The notes under the pieces: model-generated
Seen by the model: only the letters and a program-made list of their open reading frames with translations
Told to the model about the DNA's origin: nothing
Databases searched by the model: none
Made by a program: the position numbers and the translations under genes
NCBI GenBank assembly: GCA_029856145.1
Contig: JAHQWK010000001.1
Span: 465,731 to 529,730, forward strand
Source: Promethearchaeia archaeon
Lineage (GTDB): Archaea > Asgardarchaeota > Lokiarchaeia > Sigyniarchaeales > SOKP01
DNA: 64,000 nucleotides
Direction: 5' to 3'
In this document: piece after piece, positions 54,743 through 63,551 of the stretch
Position numbering within the stretch: the stretch's first letter is position 1
Layout: every line of letters starts with the position of its first letter

Positions 54743-55120
54743 ATGACTTCCATGGAACCAACTACAGACTCGCTCGATGACATTTTGAAGAAATTGTTAG
54801 CAGCAATCCCAGAAGTGAAAGCCGCCGCAATTGTATCTGCTGAAGGTCTACCAATCGCTTCTGCACTTCCACAAGGAGTTGATGAAACAAGGATTGCCGC
54901 GATGACTGCTGCATTACTCTCCTTAGCCGAAAGGTCAGTTATCGAGATGGAGAAGGGTGAGTTCGATCAATTATATGTTAAGGGAAGCGACGGTTATCTC
55001 TTAGTCTTACAAGCTGGTCCCAATGCGGTATTAACAGTTTCTACAACGAAGGATGTAAGATTGGGATTAATATTTTTAGATTGTAAGAGAACGTGTGAAA
55101 AAATCGCGAAATTAATTTAA
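54743..55120 (+). CDS. Roadblock/LC7 (MglB-like) domain protein
   Basis: ILKKLLAAIPEVKAAAIVSAEGLPIAS....RIAAMTAALLSLAERSV....LYVKGSDGYLLVLQAGPNAVLTVSTTKDVRLGLI is a textbook Roadblock/LC7 pattern. 125 aa. Confidence 0.85.
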   Translation: MTSMEPTTDSLDDILKKLLAAIPEVKAAAIVSAEGLPIASALPQGVDETRIAAMTAALLSLAERSVIEMEKGEFDQLYVKGSDGYLLVLQAGPNAVLTVSTTKDVRLGLIFLDCKRTCEKIAKLI

Positions 55121-55836
55121 TCTTCTTCTATTATCGTATCATTTATCATATCGTAATAAAGATAGATATATGAATGTTTTAACACTTCACATTTCTTAAG
55201 CATTAGAGCTTTAATGTTGAATAAATCGTCATCAGTCTGAGGAGCGACTCCATCTATTGATGTAGGAGTATCCTTTCCGCCAATTAAGCAGGGAGCGATG
55301 ATAAGAGAAATATGATCTATAAGTTTTTGTTTAAGAAATAAAGAATTCAATATCCCCCCTGATTGAAGTGATATCTTTTCAATTTTATAATCTTGCTTTA
55401 GTTTTACAAATAATTCTTTAATATTAATCTCATTTGGATAATAAATAATATTCATTTCTTTTTCATTTGCTATTTCGAAAGCCGGATGGTTTTTGTTGTT
55501 TGTTACGATGTAAATAGATTTAAATGAATTTATTAGATAATTGACTCCCATTTTGTTAAGGTGTGGTTTGCGATCAATAATAATTAGGTTGACATCCTTA
55601 TGGTTATCCGCTTTTTCACGTAAGTTAACACCAATTTTAGCCAATACTTTTCCACTAATTAACGCATCCCTTTCAGTTTTAAATAAAAGATCATAGTATT
55701 GATAATTTCCTTCTTTAATTCCTTTGATTTTAGGAAAATCGATTTCTTGATCTCGTTTATCAACATCCCCTGTAGAAATTTTTCCATCCAGTGACTGCAT
55801 TAGAAAAAGAGTTGTTTCAGGTCGATTCTTATCCAT
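55117..55836 (-). CDS. RibD C-terminal/dihydrofolate-reductase-like reductase domain protein
   Basis: LFLMQSLDGKIS near the N-terminus and a C-terminal GGILNSLFLKQKLIDHISLIIAPCLIGG pattern, typical of RibD_C family reductases. Confidence 0.68.
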   Translation of the reverse strand: MDKNRPETTLFLMQSLDGKISTGDVDKRDQEIDFPKIKGIKEGNYQYYDLLFKTERDALISGKVLAKIGVNLREKADNHKDVNLIIIDRKPHLNKMGVNYLINSFKSIYIVTNNKNHPAFEIANEKEMNIIYYPNEINIKELFVKLKQDYKIEKISLQSGGILNSLFLKQKLIDHISLIIAPCLIGGKDTPTSIDGVAPQTDDDLFNIKALMLKKCEVLKHSYIYLYYDMINDTIIEED

Positions 55837-55950
55837 TAATTTCTCACTTTTTATATTCTTTTAATAATTTAATAACAATTAAGTATAGTAATAAAACAAT
55901 TAATAAACTCATAGTTAGTTGATTTATTAATCTCTTATAATTAAATTAAT

Positions 55951-56385
55951 ATGGAGTCGGTTAAAATCCAAGATAAAAGAAGTCCATTTTTTATAAATAT
56001 TGAAGATGCTCCAAAATTCATGCAAATGGAAGGATTAGAGACAACAATTCTTACAGGCATACATGGTGAAAAGATGATGATGGCGCTCAATGCAACCTTA
56101 CCAGGTCATTCAGTTCCAACACATTCTCATAAACATGAACAAATTGGCATGGTTTATGGTGGTAAAGCAAAACTTCGTATCGGAGATGAAGAGCGAATTG
56201 TAAAGAAGGGAGATTTTTATTGTATCCCCTCCAACACTCCTCATAGTGATACATGTATAGGCGATGAACCATTTATTATGCTAGATATTTTTTATCCATT
56301 AAGAAAAGATTTTTTGAAGAAGTTAAGGAGTAAATCTAGAACTCTCAAAATGAATAGAAATATATATAGAGATTTCAATAAATAA
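55951..56385 (+). CDS. Cupin-domain protein
   Basis: Cupin motifs G.SVPTHSHKHEQIGMVYGG and GDFYCIPSNTPHS. Confidence 0.7.
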   Translation: MESVKIQDKRSPFFINIEDAPKFMQMEGLETTILTGIHGEKMMMALNATLPGHSVPTHSHKHEQIGMVYGGKAKLRIGDEERIVKKGDFYCIPSNTPHSDTCIGDEPFIMLDIFYPLRKDFLKKLRSKSRTLKMNRNIYRDFNK

Positions 56386-56426
56386 AAAAAAAAGAAGATT
56401 TAAATTAAGTTTTTTTATCATTTCTT

Positions 56427-56741
56427 TTATCCCTTTATTTTCTTAGCCAATTTCATGAGTAGTGGGACTACTTTGACTACTTCCATCGCAGGAGTGCTTT
56501 TAATGAACTTAAAAATACCTGGTTTTGCAATTCTCCACATACCCGTTATTTCTGTCAATTGCTCTTCAGTTTCAGCTTCTACTATGGTTATACCCCAATA
56601 ATCAGAAGCGCTAACATACCATGCAATTTCTTTAGTACCTTCCACTGGCCACAATTTTTTGCTTATTAACGTTTGGGCAACTCCTGCTAATTCTGATGGA
56701 TCAAAATCTGGATTAAGTTCCCAATAAGTGATAAAAATCAT
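56427..56741 (-). CDS. Small hypothetical protein (possibly DUF3303-like)
   Basis: 104-aa ORF, MIFITYWELNPDFDPSE.... with an alpha/beta pattern. The family assignment is from memory only. Confidence 0.45.
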   Translation of the reverse strand: MIFITYWELNPDFDPSELAGVAQTLISKKLWPVEGTKEIAWYVSASDYWGITIVEAETEEQLTEITGMWRIAKPGIFKFIKSTPAMEVVKVVPLLMKLAKKIKG

Positions 56742-56900
56742 TTTATTACCTCCTTTACATTCTTAAGATTGGATTTGTTTTTGTATAGTCCTTTAAGCTA
56801 TACACTACAATCCTATATTCATACTTATTATTTAAGGATTTCTAAAGCATTTCAAGTTATTAAAAAGAAGAAGATTGATTTCATTCAAAATCCAGTTCAA

Positions 56901-57677
56901 CTAAATCAAAGCATTTTCAATTGCTTCTCTAAGTTTACTTTTCTCTATTTCTGGACCTACTTTAATCATTTCACCATTAACGTAGATTCTTCTCTCAATG
57001 CCATATCGCTGTAAAATTTTTTGATCAACCGCTGAAAATTCATTGAGAATAACATCATTTCCGTATTCTGAGACTACATCTCGCACTCTTTGTGCTTCAA
57101 CATCACTAGTTAAACAAAATCTATTCCAAAATAAATCTATAACAATTTTACCTTTTATAGGTTTAAAATTGTAATTTTCTTTTCGGAAATGAGGAGGCTC
57201 AGCATTTGGATCAAATTGCTTCCAAAGAATTGCTTCTTCACCCCGTTTTTCTGCGACTTTAAATCCTAACTTTAAAAAATATTCTGCTGGCATAAACCAA
57301 AAATCCCAAAAATATCCTATAGTTGCGATTCCTTTCCGATCTTGGCGTTTAGTTTCTTCTTCTGCCGTTTTAATTAACTCTTTCCCTACGCTCTTTTTAG
57401 AAAATTTAGAATGTGAAACTAAGCAAGGAAATACCATCAAATCTTTACCTTGTATTTGCCAAGGATTTATTTCAATTGGCATGATATATAAAAATCCTGC
57501 ATGAATATCATCTAAAAGAGCAACCTTGACTTTCAAACCATATTTTTCCATACTTTTGAGCCAGGATATACGGCGTGGACAAGACGATTCACGCTCAATG
57601 TTATTCTCATTTACATGAGTACAGGTACCAACATAATATTCATCATCTTTAGTCATATCTCGGATATTAATTGACAT
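56901..57677 (-). CDS. GNAT-family acetyltransferase with a C-terminal thioredoxin-fold-like domain
   Basis: The GNAT core is FLYIMPIEINP....VSHSKFSKKSVGKELIKTAEEETKRQDRKGI. The C-terminal ~85 aa (IVIDLFWNRFC...YVNGEMI) resembles a glutaredoxin/thioredoxin-like fold without CxxC. Confidence 0.65.
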   Translation of the reverse strand: MSINIRDMTKDDEYYVGTCTHVNENNIERESSCPRRISWLKSMEKYGLKVKVALLDDIHAGFLYIMPIEINPWQIQGKDLMVFPCLVSHSKFSKKSVGKELIKTAEEETKRQDRKGIATIGYFWDFWFMPAEYFLKLGFKVAEKRGEEAILWKQFDPNAEPPHFRKENYNFKPIKGKIVIDLFWNRFCLTSDVEAQRVRDVVSEYGNDVILNEFSAVDQKILQRYGIERRIYVNGEMIKVGPEIEKSKLREAIENALI

Positions 57678-57848
57678 TTTTTTACATCTAAATTGGTTCT
57701 CAAAGATTTATGTTTATATAATAATGTTATTGTTTGAAAATAGGAAATTTAAAATAATATTTATATTATTTCCAGACAACTATCTAACTTCAAATAATTC
57801 AAATAAGATCAATTTAAAATTTATAAGAAATTAAAATTATTAATAATT

Positions 57849-58157
57849 ATGACAAAAAAGCAGCATTTTTACGCAATCATCAAACCGTATCGGCAGGATT
57901 TCATTACAAATCCAAAAGAAGAAGAAGAAAAAATCATGTCTGATCATTTTTATTATCTAAAATCTTTATTAAAACAGAAGAAATTATATCTTGCGGGTCC
58001 AAAATTGATTCCTGAGGATCCTTTTGGATTAATAATCCTTGAAACTGAATCCGAAGATGAAGCAAAAAAATTACTTGAAAATGATCCTTCAGTTAAAGCA
58101 GAAATTCAAAAAGTTGTAGATTTTAGACCCATTAGGTTATCTCTTATGAAAAAATAA
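57849..58157 (+). CDS. YciI-like protein
   Basis: HFYYLKSLLKQKKLYLAGP....FGLIILETESEDEAKKLLENDPSVKA matches the YCII-related domain pattern. Confidence 0.68.
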   Translation: MTKKQHFYAIIKPYRQDFITNPKEEEEKIMSDHFYYLKSLLKQKKLYLAGPKLIPEDPFGLIILETESEDEAKKLLENDPSVKAEIQKVVDFRPIRLSLMKK

Positions 58158-58162
58158 ATAGT

Positions 58163-59392
58163 TTACCCCCCAAGTGTAAAGAACCATAAAAAAGTAAGTA
58201 TAGTGTTAAAAAAATATAAGATTAATATTCCAAGAATTATATACACAATTCTTCTATAAATTTGAAAATCTAAGATCTTTCTAAACTTTCTTTTATTGCT
58301 AATCTTTAAAGCTTTAATAAGTTTTGATGAGTGATAAGCCATAACAGTACCAATCACACAATAAGGAACTATCCATTTATGAGGGAACCCAATTATCCCA
58401 ACGACTATTCCAGTCTTATAATCGATGATTAAAATCGTATCTGAAAATAAATTACTTACAAGGATGTTACCATTGGGTAACATATCAGCTTCATATGGAT
58501 TTGCTAACCAAGGTGATTTTATTTCCTTAACGACTTTTTTAGATTTCATATCATATATTAATAAGCGATTATTTCCCGAATCAGTTATCAATCTCATATC
58601 GTTTCCAATATCATCACAATCTCTTGCGAATCTAAACTTTCCAAATGGAAATTCTAATTTTAATTCCCAAACTATTTTCTTAGTTGAAGTATTAACTTCA
58701 ATTATTCTATCATTTCCCGTATCACAAATTACTGTATTTCCGTTATCATATCGATCGGGATTATGTTGATGATTGATAATTGTTATATTTGTTGGGTGAC
58801 CATACCACCAGATAATTTCTTTGGTTTCACTATAGTTAATTTCAATAACCATGTTAAAATTATTTAAAGAAATTAAGATAGAATCAAAATTCCTTCCAAA
58901 TTTTGACCCATTAATGAAGTCTACATCATTAAGATGTGTCCATGAACTTATCAGCGATGACTGGTCTTCTAAAAACGGAATGTCAGTCCAACCTTGATCA
59001 AGGCTAAATCTTGTCCAATTTATATCCGAAATGTTTAGCGCATCCCAACTCCATAATATTTTAGAAGGATTGTTTATATCTACTTCAATTACTCTGTTAT
59101 CCGATGTGTCAGCCATAAGAATATTACCATTTGGTAGAACATCACTATCATGTAAGAAAAACTTATTATCATGGCTCCTCCATTTAACGATTCCATTTTG
59201 ATCCACAATTACAACATGACCCCAAATAGGCGATACCAAATAACATCCTGCATATTCTCCATCTGAAATATAATCTACATCACAAGGACTATTAAAAGGC
59301 ATAAAACCCGGAATTATTGTATAAAAAATTATTGATAAAAATGAAAATATAACAACCAAGCCGATAATTAATTTTTTTGTATTCACTTTCAT
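58163..59392 (-). CDS. Membrane-anchored beta-propeller repeat protein (ASST/NHL-like blades)
   Basis: N-terminal TM helix and C-terminal TM helices. Recurrent blade motif: ADTSDNRVIEVD, CDTGNDRIIEVN, TDSGNNRLLIYD, SNLFSDTILIID. Confidence 0.6.
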   Translation of the reverse strand: MKVNTKKLIIGLVVIFSFLSIIFYTIIPGFMPFNSPCDVDYISDGEYAGCYLVSPIWGHVVIVDQNGIVKWRSHDNKFFLHDSDVLPNGNILMADTSDNRVIEVDINNPSKILWSWDALNISDINWTRFSLDQGWTDIPFLEDQSSLISSWTHLNDVDFINGSKFGRNFDSILISLNNFNMVIEINYSETKEIIWWYGHPTNITIINHQHNPDRYDNGNTVICDTGNDRIIEVNTSTKKIVWELKLEFPFGKFRFARDCDDIGNDMRLITDSGNNRLLIYDMKSKKVVKEIKSPWLANPYEADMLPNGNILVSNLFSDTILIIDYKTGIVVGIIGFPHKWIVPYCVIGTVMAYHSSKLIKALKISNKRKFRKILDFQIYRRIVYIILGILILYFFNTILTFLWFFTLGG

Positions 59393-59415
59393 GATTATTC
59401 AGAACTTAAGTATTA

Positions 59416-59799
59416 TCAGAAACCTATATAAAATGTTATACTAGCACTGATGAAGAAAACTACTATAAATATAAAAGAAAATCTCAATGAAAATCTCCAA
59501 AGATTTTCATTATTAGGCACCAATTTTTGAAATTTTTTTTTTAAAAATAATAAAATAAGAATAATCAAAAACTGGATAAATGAAAAATAAGCAAAAATTA
59601 TGCTATTTATAAATAATCCACGTAAAATGTAATGAACATTAAAACTTCCAATGTGAAACAATATTCGTTGAATGAAGTAATGAGTAATACCTCCAACTAT
59701 ACCAAAAAATATTTTTAACCAAAATAGGAAAATTGAAGGTAGATCTTTATCCCTAATATCCTTATTTTTGTGCAGAATATCTTTCATATTTAAATTCAA
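59416..59799 (-). CDS. Small hypothetical membrane protein (4 predicted TM helices)
   Basis: 127-aa hydrophobic ORF 23 nt downstream of the propeller gene on the same strand. Confidence 0.5.
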   Translation of the reverse strand: MNLNMKDILHKNKDIRDKDLPSIFLFWLKIFFGIVGGITHYFIQRILFHIGSFNVHYILRGLFINSIIFAYFSFIQFLIILILLFLKKKFQKLVPNNENLWRFSLRFSFIFIVVFFISASITFYIGF

Positions 59800-59896
59800 C
59801 TCAAAAAAAATTACATTTTAAATACTTAAAAATCATATATTTCAATATTAAATTTATGAATATTTAATTATATAATTACAAAAAATGGGTGAAAAA

Positions 59897-60364
59897 ATGG
59901 TTGATATTAAAGGAAATTTATGGCTTATTTCTATAGTGGCGGGTATAATAGGAGTTATCACAATCTTTACTCCAGCCTGGGGATATTTATCAGGAAGTGA
60001 AAATGTAGCTGCTTGGTTATGGGGTTTGTATATAAACAATGGAAATGTTAACTTTATTGATTTAGATGAACCAATAGTTATTTTAGGTATTATTTCAACA
60101 CTAATTATTGCTATTGGGACATTGCCATTACTACTCGGGGGAATACTTACAAAAGTAAAAGATAGGGAGATTAGTTTATTATATCTTGTGGGGGGAATTT
60201 TACCAATTATAGGAATTATTGTGTTTTTAGCAGGTACAGAATCATTATATTCAGGTTGGTGGTCATACTATATCGTACATGTTGGTACAATTCTCGCTTT
60301 CATCGCCGGGGGATTAGGAATTTCCGCAGGAGTAATAAGTATAATGGAAAATCGAAAAACATAG
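59897..60364 (+). CDS. Small hypothetical membrane protein, tandem paralog 1
   Basis: MVDIKGNLWLISIVAGIIGVITIFTPAWGYLSG aligns with the paralog's MVGIKDIKENLWAIAILGGIFGAISIFTPAWGLISGG. The start is set at the shared MV. The track ORF begins at 59885. Confidence 0.65.
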   Translation: MVDIKGNLWLISIVAGIIGVITIFTPAWGYLSGSENVAAWLWGLYINNGNVNFIDLDEPIVILGIISTLIIAIGTLPLLLGGILTKVKDREISLLYLVGGILPIIGIIVFLAGTESLYSGWWSYYIVHVGTILAFIAGGLGISAGVISIMENRKT

Positions 60365-60592
60365 TAATCCACTTTATTTTGTTATATCACTAATTCCTTT
60401 TTTTTTCAGTTCTAAATCTTAACAATAATTTATTTAATTAATTCCATGCGAAATTAAAATTTTATATAGAAGATCCTTTATTATTTAATTGAATTTAGAC
60501 ATTAAATCAATTTAAATACTTTAGAATCCAATATTTCAATATATAACTTTTAAACGATTAATTCCATAATTCTAAGAAAATAGTTGATAAAA

Positions 60593-61078
60593 ATGGTTGG
60601 TATTAAGGATATTAAAGAAAATTTATGGGCTATAGCTATTCTGGGAGGAATTTTTGGTGCAATTTCAATTTTTACACCTGCTTGGGGCCTTATCTCTGGA
60701 GGGGATTTTATGGTTGCTTGGTATTGGAATTTGTATTATGTGAGCGCAGGTGGAGGCACCTTTGGTTGGATAGATACCGAGGAAATGCTTTTCTTTTTGG
60801 ATCTGGGGGCTTTAATTGTTATAGCAATAGCAACATGTATTTTACTTATGGCAGGGATCCTTGATAAAGTTAAGAATAAAAAATTGTATATCTTAAATCT
60901 TTTGGGTGGAATTTTACTAATTTTAGGACCTACTATTGTGTTAGCTGGTGCAGAAGCTGCCTATGCGGGGTTCTTTCTTGCCTATAATGTCAATGTAGCT
61001 ATGATTTTACCTTTCATAGGGGGCGCATTAGGAATTTTAACTGGAGTAATGGGTATTATGGAAAAGCGAAGTGAGTAA
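60593..61078 (+). CDS. Small hypothetical membrane protein, tandem paralog 2
   Basis: Same four-TM layout and shared blocks (FTPAWG, LLGGIL...LAG.E..Y.G, GGLGI..GV..IME.R). The track ORF begins at TTG 60584. Confidence 0.65.
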   Translation: MVGIKDIKENLWAIAILGGIFGAISIFTPAWGLISGGDFMVAWYWNLYYVSAGGGTFGWIDTEEMLFFLDLGALIVIAIATCILLMAGILDKVKNKKLYILNLLGGILLILGPTIVLAGAEAAYAGFFLAYNVNVAMILPFIGGALGILTGVMGIMEKRSE

Positions 61079-61099
61079 ATTACATCTATTTTAAATTTC

Positions 61100-61107
61100 T
61101 TTTTTTT
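61100..61107 (+). terminator. Oligo-T tract (T8) after membrane paralog 2
   Basis: aaatttcTTTTTTTTaat lies 22 nt after the TAA at 61076..61078. Confidence 0.4.
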
Positions 61108-61207
61108 AATTTCTATGAGTACAAAACCACAAACTATTAATTTTTTTGCGTATTCTATCAATTACTTAACTTTATTAAATTTCATTATTTTTACGTGAAA
61201 AGTTCTT

Positions 61208-61810
61208 ATGTTCCAATTATTTACCATTGAAGGAAAAATCGAGATACCTCCGTTTCTTTTTGGTCAAGAGAAAGATGTAAGTGCAAGAATAATCCTTTCG
61301 GAAGATTATGAAGGAATCATAACTCGTAATTATGGTTTTATAATAGCAGTTGTAGATGTTCTTAATGTCGGAAAAGGGATAATCATACCAGGTAACGCAA
61401 ATACCTTTCATGAAGTAGAGTTCACTATTCTAGCATTTAAACCAACTGTTTCAGAAGTGGTTGAAGGAACTGTTGTAGAAATTGTTGATTTTGGTTCATT
61501 TGTCCGTTTAGGCCCATTAGATGGATTAGTCCATGTATCACAAATTTGCGATGACTATATCTCTTATGAACAAGTTGGGAACCGATTTATAGGCAAAGAA
61601 ACTGGAAAAATCCTGGAGGTTAATGACCAAGTAAGAGCTAAAATTATTGCTGTTTCATTAGGTACTGGAAGAAGTGGAAAACTTGGTTTAACAATGAGAC
61701 AAAAATTTCTAGGGAAAGAAGAGTGGATTGAAGACGATGTCGAAGAAGTATTTGCTGAAAAGGAAGGAAAAAAAGCAGGATCAAGTGAAGGAGAAGAGAA
61801 TAAAGAATAA
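61208..61810 (+). CDS. rpo7: DNA-directed RNA polymerase subunit Rpo7 (E')
   Basis: N-terminal Rpb7-like domain (MFQLFTIEGKIEIPP) and S1 domain (VEGTVVEIVDFGSFVRLGPLDGLVHVSQI). It sits upstream of spt4, as in most archaea. Confidence 0.9.
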   Translation: MFQLFTIEGKIEIPPFLFGQEKDVSARIILSEDYEGIITRNYGFIIAVVDVLNVGKGIIIPGNANTFHEVEFTILAFKPTVSEVVEGTVVEIVDFGSFVRLGPLDGLVHVSQICDDYISYEQVGNRFIGKETGKILEVNDQVRAKIIAVSLGTGRSGKLGLTMRQKFLGKEEWIEDDVEEVFAEKEGKKAGSSEGEENKE

Positions 61811-61835
61811 TAATTAAAGGAAGAAGGGAATAAAT

Positions 61836-62024
61836 ATGAAAGAGAAAGCTTGTAAAAATTGCCACTTAATAACTAAAAATGAAACAATTTGCCCAAAGTG
61901 TAAAACACATACTCTAAGCGAAGACTTTACAGGAGAGGTAATAATAATAAATCCTAAGGAATCGAAGTTCGCGGCTCATTTAAAGGTTGTTTACCCCGGA
62001 AAATACGCTTTAAGAGTACGCTAA
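61836..62024 (+). CDS. spt4: Transcription elongation factor Spt4 (formerly RpoE'')
   Basis: 62 aa with a Cys4 zinc ribbon, CKNCHLI....CPKCK. Conserved position after rpo7. Confidence 0.85.
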   Translation: MKEKACKNCHLITKNETICPKCKTHTLSEDFTGEVIIINPKESKFAAHLKVVYPGKYALRVR

Positions 62025-62116
62025 AACCATAATTAATGTTAACCTGTTATATTTCTACCAAGACTAATTTCTTAATAAATATTAAATTACACTCTTTCTT
62101 TATAATCTTGATTTAA

Positions 62117-62704
62117 ATGGATTTCAATTTACGAATTCCTCAAGATAAAAGGCATTTATTTACAGAACCTCTTGATAAATTAATAGCAGGAACACGAGAA
62201 GAAACAATTCTTCAAGTAGAAAACATTTTTAAAGATTATTTAAAATCAGGAATACATATAAACTTTTATATTGTTGGAGATATTGTAGCTAAAGACTTTC
62301 TGGCTAATCAATTTCTAAAAATATTCATTAAGATTTGTATAATTGATGAAAAGACCCAAAGAAATTATATAAAGTTAGATTTTGAGGAATTTTTTGAACA
62401 AACTATTGAATTTCAAAACCCTGAAGGAACAATTAATAGTGATTGTTGGAAACTCTTTAGAGACGTCATTAATTCTGGGAAAAGAACCTTAATCAAAATA
62501 ACAGAGGGAGAGGAGGATCTATTAATACTTCCTCTTTTAGTTGAAATTCCTCTTTTAAAAGGAATAAAAAACTTCTGTTTTTATGGTCAACCACCTATTA
62601 CGGATTCTAAATTCATAATTCCAGAAGGAATCGTAATTGTTGATGTTGATAAAAACATTCAAGAAAAGGTTAAAAAAGTTATATCAATAATGGAAAGTTT
62701 CTAA
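62117..62704 (+). CDS. DUF359 protein = archaeal GTP-dependent dephospho-CoA kinase
   Basis: IVGDIV, IIDEKTQR, FQNPEGTI, ITEGEEDLLILP and FYGQP blocks of the DUF359 family. Conserved position between spt4 and eS24. Confidence 0.8.
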   Translation: MDFNLRIPQDKRHLFTEPLDKLIAGTREETILQVENIFKDYLKSGIHINFYIVGDIVAKDFLANQFLKIFIKICIIDEKTQRNYIKLDFEEFFEQTIEFQNPEGTINSDCWKLFRDVINSGKRTLIKITEGEEDLLILPLLVEIPLLKGIKNFCFYGQPPITDSKFIIPEGIVIVDVDKNIQEKVKKVISIMESF

Positions 62705-62847
62705 AGATTTATTTTAAATTAATTAGTAATAATTTAACTTTTACCTATAGTAAAAAGCAAAATTTTATTTTATATCTATTCTTTTGAATTTTATAATAGT
62801 AAAAATCTTTAATTAATAGATGTTATAAAAAGTTAGTACGCTGAAAA

Positions 62848-63201
62848 ATGCCATTAAATATAGAAATACTGGAAGAGAAGAAAAACCCCCTAATTGAGCG
62901 AACAGAAATCAAATTTAGAATTGATCATTTTGGAGTGGGTACTCCAAATAGGCTAGATATTAAGAAAAAAATTGCTGCAATGCAAGGGAGCGATGAAAAA
63001 TTGACCATAATTAGAAAACTAGGTACTCATTTTGGAGTATCTTATACTATTGGAAAAGTTTACATTTATAAAGATGCTAAAGAGCTGCGCTATTTTGAAC
63101 CCTTCCATGTTCAAGTTCGTAATCTTGAAAAAGAAAAAAGAACCGAAATTATTCAATTGAAAAAAAGAAAAGAACCTTATAAACATCTATTTGAATATTA
63201 A
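62848..63201 (+). CDS. rps24e: Ribosomal protein eS24
   Basis: NPLIERTEIKFRIDH.G.GTPNR..IKKKIA pattern, 117 aa, conserved cluster position. Confidence 0.9.
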   Translation: MPLNIEILEEKKNPLIERTEIKFRIDHFGVGTPNRLDIKKKIAAMQGSDEKLTIIRKLGTHFGVSYTIGKVYIYKDAKELRYFEPFHVQVRNLEKEKRTEIIQLKKRKEPYKHLFEY

Positions 63202-63223
63202 TTAAATATATATTAAGATTGAG

Positions 63224-63430
63224 ATGAATTCTTCGAATTATTATAAAATTGAAGGAAACAAGTTGGTTAGAACCCATCGATCATGCCCTAAATGTGGTCC
63301 AAGTTTTTTCCTTGCAAATCATTTTGATAGATGGTCTTGCGGGTCTTGTGGATATACCGTATTTAAAAGAAAAGGTGCTCCAAAACCTAAAACTACTAGA
63401 CGAACTCCTCGAAAACGTCAAAAAGCATAG
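63224..63430 (+). CDS. rps27ae: Ribosomal protein eS27ae (zinc ribbon, no ubiquitin fusion)
   Basis: CPKCGPSFFLANHFDRWSCGSCGY with a basic tail. 68 aa. Confidence 0.9.
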   Translation: MNSSNYYKIEGNKLVRTHRSCPKCGPSFFLANHFDRWSCGSCGYTVFKRKGAPKPKTTRRTPRKRQKA

Positions 63431-63551
63431 CGTACTTAATCTTTAAATACTTTATTTAATTGAAAAATTAAATCTAAGTCATTAATTTAAAAGTAATTCA
63501 ATTTTTAACCCTTAAAATTTATTAACCTGAATTGAAAATTTGGCGAAATTA

